A DNA stretch of 63,272 nt, counting the filler, from Basidiobolus ranarum (Eukaryota), in assembly GCA_040143965.1 (NCBI GenBank). It is 9 parts of 9 records of this genome, joined end to end, with 100 filler letters (N's around TTAATTAATTAA, not from the genome) between each part and the next. Parts side by side here need not be neighbours in the genome. Positions count along the whole stretch, not along the records: positions 1 to 6,959 come from JASJQH010001207.1; positions 7,060 to 14,014 come from JASJQH010001208.1; 7 more parts are not named here. One strand, given 5' to 3'. The translations under genes were made by a program, and so were the position numbers. The notes beneath the pieces are model-generated. The model was given only the letters and a program-made list of their open reading frames with translations, ran no database searches and was not told where the DNA came from. Shown here piece after piece: positions 1-13,805 of the stretch; the first letter of the stretch is position 1, and the number at the start of each line of letters is the position of its first letter.

Positions 1-791
1 CAAATCCCTCTACATACAATATTCGGGCTTACACTGCGAGCATAAGGCTATGATAAGTTCAACTTTGAAGCGGTTGATATCTATAGACGCAAGCCAAAAT
101 CTACCAGATATTCCATCAACTCGAGCGCCAAATGATCTGTCCCGCCTGAAGTATCTAGGTGAAAGCTTAGTTCAATAGAGAGCCCCTCAGGGTTGGTATG
201 TGGTTCTACTAGTTAGGGAGTATTTTGCAATTTAGATGGATTCAGCATGCCGAAGTTACAACTAATCATTATACAATTCAGGAAAATGTCACCAGTAGAA
301 TTCATAATCGCATCCATTTGTATATCAATATATGCTTGACGAGACCAGCAGAAAGACATTGTGTGTTAGTCCAACTGTGCCAGAGATTTGCTATTATTGA
401 CATACAAATTGATAAACATTTGCATTGGATGAATATTTTCAAGGCCTAAGTGGTTCAAAACTTACATCTCAATCCATCTTGTGCTTGATTTTAATATATA
501 TATCAGAGTTATCGAGAACAATGGTTTTAGTGTAGAAAATACTGGAATGAATTGATCTTAAATATATGGATGTTTCGTTTCATCCATTGGATCAGAATAT
601 CAGCTTGAAGTTTAGTCAAAGTAAATTTCTTTTCTCATTTGCTTATTGGCATCCTCTTCACTTCCATACCCGTCTAATTTTACAAGATACATACATCCCA
701 TCTGTTGTTGACATACCATTAGCAGTACAAGTTTTTTGTCACATTTCATCTAAATTTTGCAGTATATTCAAAACTCCCGTTGGTTTATAAG

Positions 792-3700
792 ATGTATTTT
801 GAGGTGGCTTCATTATCCGTCATCTTGGATGATCTATGCAGGTTAGCTTTGCTTTATAAATCTAATACCGAACGCGCTACTGGTTTGAAATAAGCATACT
901 AACATATTTTCAAAGTCGATTTATTATCAACGTACCAGATGAAGAACTTGCTTCAGTAGAGCGAATCTGTTTTCAGATTGAGCAAGCTCATTGGTTTTAT
1001 GAGGATTTTATTAGAGAAATCAATACCTCTCTGCCTACTTTTACCTTGAAGAATTTTTCCGCGAAAAATATCCTTTTACACTTACTTCAACGTGTTTGGC
1101 ACAATATATCCCGTGAATATACGTCCTTAATTCTTCTCACTCTTTAGTCATTGTCCTCTACTTCACCAGTGGGCTCATGAGCACGAGAAAGCTTTTAATG
1201 ATTTCTTGCAATATAAATTTCGCGTACCTGTTTGTGGTGCCATCATCTTGAATGAACCTCAAGATAAGGTTTGTATACTTGCTATTGTAACGATAAATTC
1301 TCCATTTATGAAGACCATAACACTTTCCAAATAGTGTCTTCTGGTAAAAGGCTGGACCTCTCGTTCTGGTTGGGGTTTTCCTAGAGGCAAAATTAATAAG
1401 GATGAGCCTGATTCTACTTGTGCTATACGCGAGGTAATTTTAGTTTCAATCGTTAATAACAGGTTGTACGAAAATTTATGTAGTTCTTATTTCTTACAAA
1501 TCCTCTATATCTAATAGGTATTGGAAGAGACGGGCTTTGATATTGGTTCTTATTTGAAAGAGGACCAGTTTATTGAAGTAGTAATTCATGAACAAAGAAT
1601 CAAACTATTTATTGCCACCGGTATTCCAGAAAGTACTGTCTTCGTCCCTTTGACTCGAAAAGAAATCAGTGTAAGTTATTTATTCCAGAACTCCGGATCT
1701 ACAATTTGATGTAGTATATTAATCTTCCCGCGTAGAAAATAGATTGGCATCGAATCTCTGATCTCCCTACCTCGAAAACCAAAACCAGCAATTCTGGCAT
1801 ATACGACATAGCAATTCAAAACGTGGGTTCTTCCAGATCTGCGAATCGCTATTATATGATTATACCATTCGTATCGTGAGTAGTTCATCTTACACCGATA
1901 TTTTAGACGACTAAAGTTACTTACAATATCTTTTCCCTTTTACAGGAGGTTAAAGACTTGGATCAATCGTCGCAGCAAGGGCAAGGGGAATAAACGTCCA
2001 AGCTCTATAAAATCTTCTGGAAGTTCTTCTCGATTATCAACTGTTGATCATCAAGCCAATGCGGAAAATCAAATTAAATCATTATTGGGAATGGTGCATG
2101 GGCGTGACGGCATTAAAGAGCATCACGTTGGAGTTAACGATGGATATATTTCATACGGGCAAAACCAAATCCCCACTCATCTTCCCAGAGAAGCTAGCTA
2201 TTTAAATGGCACCGACCCTGAGAGTATGCTCAAGTCAATGTTGAGAATTTCAAATCCAACGCAAACTAGGACTCAAAACCCATCTCCATCATACTCTTCT
2301 CACCCTCTACAGGGAATGTCCGATACCAGAAGTTCTACTATCTCCAACCAGTCTTTAAAAACTATTCTTAAAAGGACTCCGGATAGCATAAAGAGTGCCT
2401 CAGAGTCTCGTAAGTTATATACGTGTTGTAATAGCAATTCTCTCGTTGTCTTTATTCAATCTTTTGTTGTTATTAGATTCTGAAAGACCTAATATGGCTG
2501 TTAATCCACCAATACTAGCTGAGAACCAGCTGAAATCCCTCCTTGGTATTAACAAACAACCATGTGAGTCTACTTCACTTGTATCAGGTCACGTCTCCGG
2601 ACAGGAGTTCCCTAATCAAGATAATCAGCCAGCACAAGAGGCATACTTGCATAATTTCTCCAATGGACCTCAACAATCCAACCCGAATGCAACTTCTTTG
2701 CTAAATATACTTGGGAAACCGTCGAGTTCTCCAGCTAGCAGTCATACTAATGTTAGTCACCCAAATGCTTCTGCTCAGTCGTTGCTAGCATTGCTTGGAA
2801 AATCTCCGAACTCTACAGTTAATAGTCAGCCTGAGTCAAGTTATTCAAGTATTCCAGCTCACTCTTCGCCAAATTTGCCTGAAATGACCCCAAACTCTAT
2901 AACTAATGGACAAACCGAGCATACCCATCCAAATACCTCTGCTCAGTCGTTATTAGCATTATTTGGGAATCCTCCAAGCACTACCACTAATGATCAAATT
3001 GGGCCTATTCACTCGAACGCTTCAACACAATCTCTTTTAGCCTTACTCGGGAAATCTCCAGCCCCGAAAATTAGCGATCGAACTGAACCTAATCATCAAA
3101 ATATTTCTGGTCAATCAGCGCTAATCTCGTCTGAGAGTTCTCCAAACTCTACAGGTAGTAGTCAAGCTGAACTAGACGCTCAGTCTCTGTTAAATTTGTT
3201 TGAAAAGCCTCCAAGTTCTACAGCCAATCATCAAACTGAACCTAGTTACTCAAATGCTTCTGCTCAGTCCTTATTAGCTTTACTTGGGAAATATCCAAAC
3301 TCTGCCACTGGCGATAAAACTAATCGCCCAGAAGCCCTTGATCAGTCATTATCGATCTCTCCCAATGAGCCTACGCAATCTACAAATAGCAGTCAGTCTG
3401 AGCCTAGTCACTCGACTGCCTCTACACAGTCTTTGTTAGCCCTGCTAGGGGGATCTCCACACTCTACGTCTGATGGTCAGACTGAGCCTAATCATTCGAA
3501 TTCTTCTACTCAGTCGTTATTGACTTTGCCTGAAGAGCTTCCAAACTCTACTGATAATAGTGAAAGCGAACCTAGTCACTCGAATGCTTCTACACAATCT
3601 TTGTTGGCCTTGTTTGAAAGACCTTCAAATGCTGAAACTGATATTCAAACTCAACATAGCCATTTGAATACTTCTACTCAATCGCCCTTATCTTTGCCTG

Positions 3701-4452
3701 AAGAGCTTGAGGACTCTAACGATACTAGCGAAACTGAGTCTAACCACTTAGATGCCTCTACCCATTCTTTGTTAGCTTTGCTTGGAAAATCATCAAACTC
3801 TGCAAATAGTGGCCAAACCGAGCTTAGCCCTATAGATGATTCTCCTGAGTCTCCTGTACCTTTACCTGAAGTACTTCCACGTTCTACTGATAGTAGTCAA
3901 CGTGAACCTAGTCACTTGGATGCTTCTACTCAGTCTTTGTTAGCTTTGCTTCGAAAATCCCCTAACTCTACAACTGATGATCAAGCTAAACTCAGTCACT
4001 TGGATGCTCCTGCCAAGTCTCCGTTAACTCTACCTGAAGTGCTTCCAAATTCTACCAACAGTAGTCAGCCTGAACCTAATCATTTGGATGCTTCTACTCA
4101 GTCTTTGTTGACTTTGCTCGGAAAATCCCCAAACGCTGTAACTAATGATCGAGCTGAGCTTATTCATTCGGATGACTCTGCTCATTCACCATTGACTTTG
4201 CTTAAAGAACTTGCAAAACCCGCAGATAATCAGTTGGAACCTAGTCAATCGGATTCCTCAGTTTTATTGTTATCAACCTTGGTAGAGAAGCCTTCAAGTT
4301 CTGCGATCAACTATCAAGCCGAATCAAATCACTTGAATGATTCTACTCAGTCTTTGCTAGCTTTACTTGGAAAGTCCCCAAACTCTACAACTAGTAGCCA
4401 AACTGAGCTTAGTCAGATGAATGATTCTCCTGATTTTTATCGGGGCGTTTAA
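792..4452 (+). CDS. DCP2: mRNA decapping enzyme catalytic subunit Dcp2 (BoxA + Nudix + long HLM-repeat tail), 8 exons, ~1053 aa
   Basis: Manual splicing of 792-841, 916-1067, 1141-1268, 1335-1433, 1518-1670, 1736-1875, 1946-2409, 2477-4452 (3162 nt, in frame) gives [37 protein letters not shown] and Nudix box [29 protein letters not shown]; ORFs 1521, 2085 and 2395 are its exons. Confidence 0.95.
1068..1140 (+). other. U12-type (minor spliceosome) AT-AC intron in DCP2
   Basis: 5' site ATATCCTTT at 1068, branch site TCCTTAAT at 1124-1131, terminal AC at 1139-1140; removal restores [15 protein letters not shown]. Confidence 0.93.
2690..4400 (+). repeat. Coding tandem repeat (~28 aa / 84 nt units) carrying SLL(A)LL helical leucine-rich motifs in the Dcp2 tail
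   Basis: Recurring (A/T)[14 protein letters not shown]; unit starts at 3424, 3508 and 3592 are exactly 84 nt apart. Confidence 0.9.
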
Positions 4453-4675
4453 ACTTTTTGCTTTCTTGTAACTATTGTTATTTTCAATCTGTATACGGAA
4501 AATACTCCAACTCATATTACCATGGCAATAAAAGGTTCATCGTTTCACTCTGTGTGCGCAATTAGAAATACTCGACCTTAAAATCGACCTATTGGGGAAT
4601 CAAAGCTGAACTAGGTACCTCGTTCTACATGAAAGTAGCTAATAACAACCCTTGCCAAAAGGAACTAAAAAGAAA

Positions 4676-4758
4676 TGAAGAGAGTGGGATTCGAACCCAC
4701 GCCTCCGAAGAGATCACGGCCTTAACGTGACGCCTTAGACCAACTCGGCCATCTCTCC
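4676..4758 (-). tRNA. tRNA-Leu(AAG)
   Basis: Reverse complement GGAGAGATGGCCGAGTTGGTCTAAGGCG TCACG TT AAG GC CGTGA, long variable arm, GGTTCGAATCC. Confidence 0.95.
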
Positions 4759-4976
4759 ATTTACACATTACTCACCTCACGTAGATCTATTACCCTTTCC
4801 ATACTATACAGTTGACTCTTTAGGCTTTGGTATGTACGACTACACACTAATGCTATGAATACTCTTACTAGATAGAATCCTTAAAAGTACCAGGCCGAAA
4901 AGAAGCAACTCCACTTGTTTTGCGCTCTAATAGATACCTACAACGTGGCAATGCAATACTCTCCTTCAGCAACATT

Positions 4977-5060
4977 CCGAACATAGCTCAGTTGGTAGAG
5001 CGGAAGACTGTAGTGTCCATAGCAATCTTTAGGTCCCTGGTTCAAATCCGGGTGTTCGGA
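4977..5060 (+). tRNA. tRNA-Tyr(GTA) with 11-nt intron (5014-5024)
   Basis: CCGAACA/TGTTCGG acceptor stem, GAAGA-CTGTAG[intron]A-TCTTT anticodon arm, GGTTCAAATCC, downstream T-run. Confidence 0.95.
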
Positions 5061-5334
5061 GGCATCTTTTTGGTTCTCTCGGTAATCACTGGCAATTGCT
5101 AACGTTTCTTCTCAAAGTCCTCCTTTTATGCACCATTTTGCATTTGTCGCTGAAAGACTTAAATAAGACAAGGAATTCATAGTGGCCCAGTTCTTACCAC
5201 CATTTATTGGGCATATGCAAAAGTATCTGATTATTTTACACAACACAACACTGCATTCATTCATAATAACACTTGATATTTAAAATTGAATTGCAAGTTT
5301 AACCGGTTCAAAATGAAAAACTGACAAAAGGTGT

Positions 5335-5408
5335 CGCTCCTGGGTGGGCTTGAACCACCAACCTCCTGATTAACAGTCAGACGCGCTAGCCAATTGCGCC
5401 ACAAGAGC
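5335..5408 (-). tRNA. tRNA-Asn(GTT)
   Basis: Reverse complement GCTCTTGTGGCGCAATTGGCTAGCGCG TCTGA CT GTT AA TCAGG AGGTTGGTGGTTCAAGCCCACCCAGGAGCG. Confidence 0.95.
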
Positions 5409-5628
5409 TCCATACATCCGAGTGGTGCTATACACAATTAAAGATGCTATTATCTGTTAATGCTGAGGGCCAAATTCAAACAAGTTTCAGGCACTCAGCC
5501 GAAGTTGTATTTTTACTAGGCAAAAAGGCTCTTATAATGTGGGAATATAAGGTGCCTGAAATCCAGGATGTAATCATCCGTCCCTTTTTGGCAAGTATTT
5601 ATCCATGCTATTTGTATATATTCGTGTA

Positions 5629-5635
5629 GCCGCCT

Positions 5636-5672
<37 letters not shown>

Positions 5673-5701
5673 TGTCCTGCGTTCGATCCGCAGAGGCGGC
5701 A
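5629..5701 (+). tRNA. tRNA-Phe(GAA)
   Basis: GCCGCCTTAGCTCAGTTGGGAGAGCG TCAGA CT GAA GA TCTGA ... GTTCGATCC, then T-rich terminator. Confidence 0.95.
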
Positions 5702-5836
5702 ACTTTTCTTTTCTTTCAACCGTGGTGCATTTCTAAATTACTTGAACTTCCGCCATGGTTATTGAGGCAACTTAATTTTTGAAAATCAAAGAGATAGGTA
5801 GCATGTATACTACAAACAAGGACCCAATCGTGAAAC

Positions 5837-5910
5837 GCCCCCGTGGCCTAATTGGATAAGGCATCAGACTTCTAATCTGAGGATTGTGGGTTCGAGTCCC
5901 ACCGGGGGTG
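5837..5910 (+). tRNA. tRNA-Arg(TCT)
   Basis: GCCCCCGTGGCCTAATTGGATAAGGCA TCAGA CT TCT AA TCTGA ... GGTTCGAGTCCC, then T-run. Confidence 0.95.
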
Positions 5911-6420
5911 GCTTTCTTTTTTCTCACTCAGCCAGTCTGTACTTGTTTAGGTTTTTGCATTATCCATCGGCTCAATTGCTGATCTATCTATATCACAAGG
6001 GTAGAGTCAGCATTTTTGATACTGCCATAGCATGTCATAAGATATATAGGCGTTTGTTTGCTACGTGTGCGATGCTTTGTGGGAGCTCTAGTCCACTATG
6101 TCAAGAACTCCAGTGGACTGGCATTGCATAGAGCTACCTTGACTGAAGTTGTATGGATTGTCTCATTAGAGTGCTAAGAACGATGGCTATATCGAAAGTA
6201 ACAAATATAGCAAGCTCTTTGTAGATTCAGAACTTTGGTGAGATACAGGTATTGTGATATAAATAAACAAGTTATTTTCTCAAGCACATGCTTATGCGAC
6301 ATGATGTAATCTTGGAATTGGTTCTGAGAATCTCAAGGGAACACTTATACAAATTAAAGCAAAGAGTTCACACTTTTCAATAAGAGACAAGGGATCGGCT
6401 TAACTAACGAAACTCAAGAA

Positions 6421-6492
6421 AGCAGCGTGGCGCAGAGGAAGCGCGCGGGGCTCATAACCCCGAGGTCGGAGGATCGAAACCTCTCGCTGCTA
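6421..6492 (+). tRNA. Initiator tRNA-Met(CAT)
   Basis: A1:U72 pair (AGCAGCG/CGCTGCT), G-C-rich anticodon stem around CTCATAA, T-loop GATCGAAA typical of eukaryotic initiator tRNA. Confidence 0.95.
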
Positions 6493-6848
6493 TCCATATT
6501 TTTGCACATAGCGGAGAAATAAGAGTGCTATATGTTTTCTTGCATTGAAGTGAACAAACGGTATGAAAGAAAATCTGATGCTAGATTGGTGTTTGCATTT
6601 CAAGTTCCGACTTTCTATAACGGCTACTTGCTCATGATATTGCTTAAACCTATTGTAGTATATTTTGCATTGATAATGCTCTGAGGTTTTAATAAGGACT
6701 CCCTAACCCGTTTACTCTTGCAGTTAAACACAGCTTGGTCACTGCACTTTAAAACCCCTTAGCAATCGTGGAGGCTGATACTTGAATGCTGATATTACTT
6801 TAGAGATTTATGAATAGATGTATTAGTATAGTAGACACTTTTATATAT

Positions 6849-6920
6849 TCCTCATTGGTCCAGTGGTTAGGATTTCTCGCTTTCACCGAGACGGCCGGGG
6901 TTCGATTCCCCGATGGGGAA
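6849..6920 (+). tRNA. tRNA-Glu(TTC)
   Basis: TCCTCATTGGTCCAGTGGTTAGGATT TCTCG CT TTC AC CGAGA CGGCCGGGGTTCGATTCCCCGATGGGGAA. Confidence 0.93.
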
Positions 6921-6959
6921 CTTTTACATTTTCTTCCGCAAAGTCAGTGAATCTTGAAG

Positions 6960-7059
6960 NNNNNNNNNNNNNNNNNNNNNNNNNNNNNNNNNNNNNNNNN
7001 NNNTTAATTAATTAANNNNNNNNNNNNNNNNNNNNNNNNNNNNNNNNNNNNNNNNNNNN
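6960..7059. other. Artificial contig-joining spacer
   Basis: 100-nt N-run/TTAATTAATTAA/N-run, stops in all six frames. Confidence 0.98.
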
Positions 7060-7715
7060 TAACAAACTCTAAAAATTTTTATTTTATGCGCTTTAAAACC
7101 AAACATTTAACTGTTTTTTTTTAGCGGTGGGTATTTTTTAAAAATCCCCAAAACTAAAAACTGCTAAAAACACCCCCGCCACTCATTGGAGAGCCATTAG
7201 TAAACCACAGATTGCAAGGGATTTTCTTGGCTTTGACAGAGATCTAGAAGCTGTCAACCAGCGATGGCGAGATCGTAACGGGACCTTTTTTGAGATATTT
7301 CCCGATCTATTAATATGATACCCTTGTCAAGTAAAGAATCCAAATCAATCACCGATTCATATGTACTTCTGTATATAAAAAGTGCCTCTCATGAGATGTG
7401 ACTCGAATGTTCGGATTGGTGAAGTTTTAGAACACTCTACATTATATCACTTGCAAGTATAACTCGCGACAAATCTCACTTGAATTGATAAATGTGTAAG
7501 GGGACCATCCATCTCTGGGCCTATCGGGAGTTTGAGGGTGAGCCTCCATCATTTTTGAGCAGTCAATCGGTTTATTAACATAAAAGCGAAAGCACTTACA
7601 AACCATGCAAATATCAGCGATATAATTTAGTATAAAGAGTGGTGCCACATCAAGTAAGGGAATTCATGAAAGGATAAGAAATCAGGATCGTCGATAGAGA
7701 GGGAGAGAGATTCCT

Positions 7716-8198
7716 TCAAAGCATTAAAATCATCAGAATACCGGATAAAACAAATGACCAAGCCATCAAAACGTGAGTTTTATGTGCGCTACTAAGAATA
7801 GATATGGGTGTGCTACCAAGCGGTGGCGAGTTGATTGGTTGGGGATCTGTTGAAGGTTGCACTGTAGAAGTTGCAGAAGGCAATAGAGCGGTCAAACTGG
7901 CAGGTAATCCTTTGCAAACCCTGCCCACTTCACCACTTTGCGCCGTCTCCAGTGCAGAAATTCCCACATCTTTGGTACAGAATGGGAAGCACTGTACCAA
8001 ACGCTGGGCCTGTTTACAATTACATAGCTGGTCTGAATCGGAACAGCTCAGTGCCAAGGCATTATAGCGACACTGATTGTAAGTCACCGTATTCTCACAA
8101 GTATTTTCCTTGCCCGCTTCTGGAAGATAAACGGTCACTCCACCATGGGCGAACCAGACAACAGTGAGACCGAGGAAAAAGCAGAATAATACTTTCAT
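7716..8198 (-). CDS. Small secreted Cys-rich, probably GPI-anchored protein
   Basis: N-terminal signal peptide, Cys-rich core, Ser/Thr/Pro stalk, hydrophobic C-terminus. Confidence 0.8.
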   Translation of the reverse strand: MKVLFCFFLGLTVVWFAHGGVTVYLPEAGKENTCENTVTYNQCRYNALALSCSDSDQLCNCKQAQRLVQCFPFCTKDVGISALETAQSGEVGRVCKGLPASLTALLPSATSTVQPSTDPQPINSPPLGSTPISILSSAHKTHVLMAWSFVLSGILMILML

Positions 8199-8966
8199 GG
8201 AGTAGATTGATGAATACTAAAAGATGAGATTGAATTCGAAGTTGAATGAAGACCAGCATTCGAGGCATTGATTTATATCTTTCTGGAATTTTGAACTCGG
8301 CAAATGGTGGCAACTGACTCTGCTTCATCAGCAACCACTTGCTGTATGTCCTTGGATTATAGAAAACAAAACGTCAACAGCTCATCAAATTCATCCCCAA
8401 TCAGAGTAGATTACCAACAGGCGTTACTTTCTTAGCCAACATGAATTTAATCATCTTCTCGATTCAACCAATCTTGGTGTGCTGGCGATTGCGATTCGAA
8501 ACTTTAATCTCAATCAATCATCAATTGATTCCATGGTTGGTTATCTTTAGCAACGGCAGAGTCGTCAGCAATCCACTGCAAAGATTGGCATAGAATCCGA
8601 TTAATAAAAGTGGTTGGTGGGAACATCCAACCATCACGTTACCATTTCAATATGATCACCTCCACTGACCTAACATCACACAGTCCATTGGTTACACTAC
8701 GAAGTCAATTAATCCCAAGAGTACATCGATTCCAAGTGAATTGATTTTTTTGAACATTTATTACTAATGTGGAGTACTTCCTCCATCTGTGTAGCAGATA
8801 TATGTACGATGCAGGAGTTGTTGACTCCAAGGGTGAAGTATAGTACGGTACAAAAAATCATTCAATTTGGTATACAGTGCTTTTTATCGTCTTTGCTGAC
8901 AAACTCAATATCAGCTAATAAATATAAGCTGATGTCAATCTTCGCCAACCAATTCGATTTGGGGGT

Positions 8967-10510
<1,544 letters not shown>

Positions 10511-10949
10511 GGTGAATAAACTTTGATAATCTACAACCGTAAACGAAGCTGCACTGTCAATGACGAAGCAATTTATAGAAACCCAGACTAAATTTTCCGA
10601 AGATAATCGTGACGTATCCTGATTTTGATCGGGAATTCATTTTTGGATTATTAATTGAGAATAGTGAGCTGTGGTTTGTCAATAACTATCGACTAATTTT
10701 GTCAGATGTTATTGCTTTGATTATAAATCACGAGAAAATTCGATCTTTACTATTCTTCTGCAAATGGTAATCTTGGATGACCCCCAACAACTGTTTCAAA
10801 TGGCCAGCGATGATGTGATATGATTTCTTGCAGTACAAAGGACGTTTAAGGATTGAATCCAACACCCGTGATTCAAACAGTCTTTGAAAAGAAATCGGTA
10901 GTGTTGAGTCTCATTCATTCCAGATGTACTTTATAGTTTACCCAATGCT

Positions 10950-11650
10950 TATAATTCTAATAATAAAATACAAGTGGCCAGATATTCGCAAACCCTGCAA
11001 ACGGTGTATGCCCTGCTGTTACCACCAGTGCGCAGTCGATTTCTACTCATGTATCACAAATGATTCTTGATGTAGTTAAAAACCAACCAGAGAACTTACA
11101 TGCAAGATCTTCGAAGTTCTGCTTAGTAAAGCCAATGATCTGCTGAGGTCAAACAAGAGCATCCATCTTGGAGTTGACTATCCCCAACTCCCCAACCTCT
11201 TCACCGTGGTAGTTTGGATAGAGGTATGGAGGGTACCATTGAGGCTTGGGTCTCATTTGCGATGAAGTTTATCTGATCCTGGAGGGACTGCTGTCTCTGT
11301 AAAAAAGCAAAGGCTTTCCACCAACCACTAATATTCTTGGAAATGTGCGTCTGCTGAAAGGTAACCTTGGGCAATGTTTCGCAGTCGCAGTTACGAGCTT
11401 AGAATCTAGTTTGATGCCACTACCAAGTATGTTTCATAATAGCTAGTTAAGAGATGGTTACTCAACGATGGCAATTTGGGTTTATTTATATAAGTCTGAA
11501 AACATCCCAATGAGCAATCATCGAGTAAATCTTCAGGCATTTTGAAAATTATCATTTCTAAACTAACCATTTTAAAACCAAGGATTGAATGATAGCTGAG
11601 TACATAGTGATCACAACGGATTGTGGGTGGTATGTTGGAACTACTATACA
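10950..11650 (-). pseudogene. Possible highly decayed LINE-like ORF2 relic
   Basis: Interrupted minus-strand peptides VVASN*ILSS and GELGIVNSKMDALV loosely resemble post-RT LINE motifs (VANSLILS; GGLGI..AL); weak. Confidence 0.25.
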
Positions 11651-13805
11651 TAGTGTTATTCAGTCAAGTGTTTCTGTACTCATATAGCAGTCCGCATTGC
11701 CAAGGGGAACTGCGACGCCTTGAGGCAAGTATTTGAATGAGATAAGAATCGACGATTGAACCTTAATCAATGTTTAACTTTCAGATCTTCACATCATGGC
11801 CATCCTAGAGTTCATACAAGTATTAAACTAACAACAGGTATAGCACATACCGGAGAAACGAATGAGATTCTTTAACTATTGCTCTACAGGTCAAAGCAAA
11901 ACATAGCCATTTACACATCCTAGAGGAGACCAAACAGTGGAACTCTCGGAGGATCCTGCTTGGCCTGTCTTTGATGAGATTTCAATCGCAAAGCAAGCAA
12001 TTCAAATACTCCTTCGTGGTCAATCGAGTGATCAGTTCATCAAGTGTCATTATACGGGGCTCTTGCAAATCCAGCTAGCATCATGACAAAAAATGCAATC
12101 ATAGTTGTATAAATCATAACCTGTGATATCAGCATAAGTGTTTAGTATGCTGCTTAAAATAAGTAGCCATGGCCGTGAATATCGGGATTTCCTTATCGAT
12201 GGCTCATCAAACCAGATTCATCAGTATATTTGTTTAATATAAGGATTTGTGTGATGGCAACTGCTTGCAGCCTTCCCGTACATCGTCTATGGACAGTTGA
12301 CTCGGCAAGTGAAATCAGAAAGAGAGTGTATAAGATTGAATGATAGCAACAATGGTTACAACGTGATTTCCATCGCTAGCTAAATGAACTGTCCTAAATT
12401 TTCTATCCAATGCAGGATGTCGTATGACTTTCACATTGACGACGTTTCAGTTGAGCTTTGGACTGATTATAGACAATTGCATTACTGATGATAGAAGAAC
12501 CCAAAACAATGAATAAATTCCCAAATAGACTTCTAATCTATTTGCGTTACATTATGGAAAGTAGCTAGGGGTTTGGCTTGTCTCATTTACACTACATTCC
12601 TGATCTAGCTAGACATCAGAAAATTTCGGCTATATTCATGCACTAACTTGCGCTCAAGATTCAAAAGTCGGCTGGCTCATTGTAACATGGGGTGAGGATG
12701 CAGGAGATTCGGCAGATGAATGAAGGCTAGCGTGAGAAGATAAGAAGAACCATTATCATTATTGACATGAGACCGCCTCCCTTGTCAATATTGAATCCAC
12801 TCATTCAATACATACCAATACAATCCAGACGCATGTGTCTTTAAAGCCATCGAATCTATTTAATTACTTACGCTTACAGACAGCTCCACTAACGTAGCTA
12901 CCAAGACAAAGATTGAATCCACAAAAATCAAGACAATGAGCACTCTAAGTTAACAAAATCGCGGCAGTGGCGAGTCTGGATGAAGAGCAATATGCATAGA
13001 AATCTGGAATGTTTCCGCTTTAAGTATTTCCGTGACTTAATCCATATTCAATAAAGCTGCCTACATTCAGACGCAACATGGTTGCATGTCCATTTGTCAA
13101 GACTCTACCAAAGCTCTAATACATTGGTATTTGCATTTAATTCGATGAGCTCGGTCACTATAGGCCCTAAGCATATAGGTTGATTCGTCAATCAAACATC
13201 TAGAGAGCACGCGTTCATGCTTCGTGATATGAACTATGCAACATGGCTACCACAATTGATGCACTAGACACTCTTTGAGAACTTAGTACTCCCTGCTGTA
13301 GAAGTATGATGAATTGGAGCATTGTGTGCAAGCGCTGTATATTCAAGTTGATTCACAGCGTATGCACTACACAACGATGTCTCAATACAAATTCTACCTT
13401 TGGAATGATACCTCGGACTGGAGTTCAAGTAGGCCTTGTTGCAACTGGTACTTGAGTACCAAGTCATGCTTTTCACAAGATATTCCTATTTCCTGAAACC
13501 TGGCATTGTCACTGATATAACACAGGCAACTGATTAAATATAAGCCTGCCAACGGAGGCTATTCTATTGGCCGGGTTTCGTTCACACAAGACCTCAATCA
13601 CATGTCAACAAAGAATCGAACCTTGATTCAATAAAAGGGAGAGCTCTAATAAACACACAAACCGGTCATCAGTGGTAGATTTGAAAACATGGGGCCACAT
13701 TTGGGTCAAGGGGCAAAAACCCTGTCGTGACTGGCGAAATAAATAGCAGTCTTTCATCGAAAGTGATTCATCTCATTCCTGCCTAACCTCATATCTGAAA
13801 GTAAA

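Noticed and set aside
3400-4200. Regularly spaced repeats as a CRISPR-like array
   Set aside because: Degenerate, in-frame coding repeats in a eukaryotic gene; no unique spacers or cas genes
2395-4452. 685-aa ORF as a stand-alone secreted repeat protein with a signal peptide
   Set aside because: The hydrophobic start is translated intron (2410-2476); the ORF is the last exon of DCP2
4920-6131. Short ORFs at 4920, 5444, 5516 and 5886
   Set aside because: They overlap tRNA genes; spurious
7004-7015. Palindromic TTAATTAATTAA recurring about every 7 kb
   Set aside because: Artificial six-frame-stop linker inside N-runs
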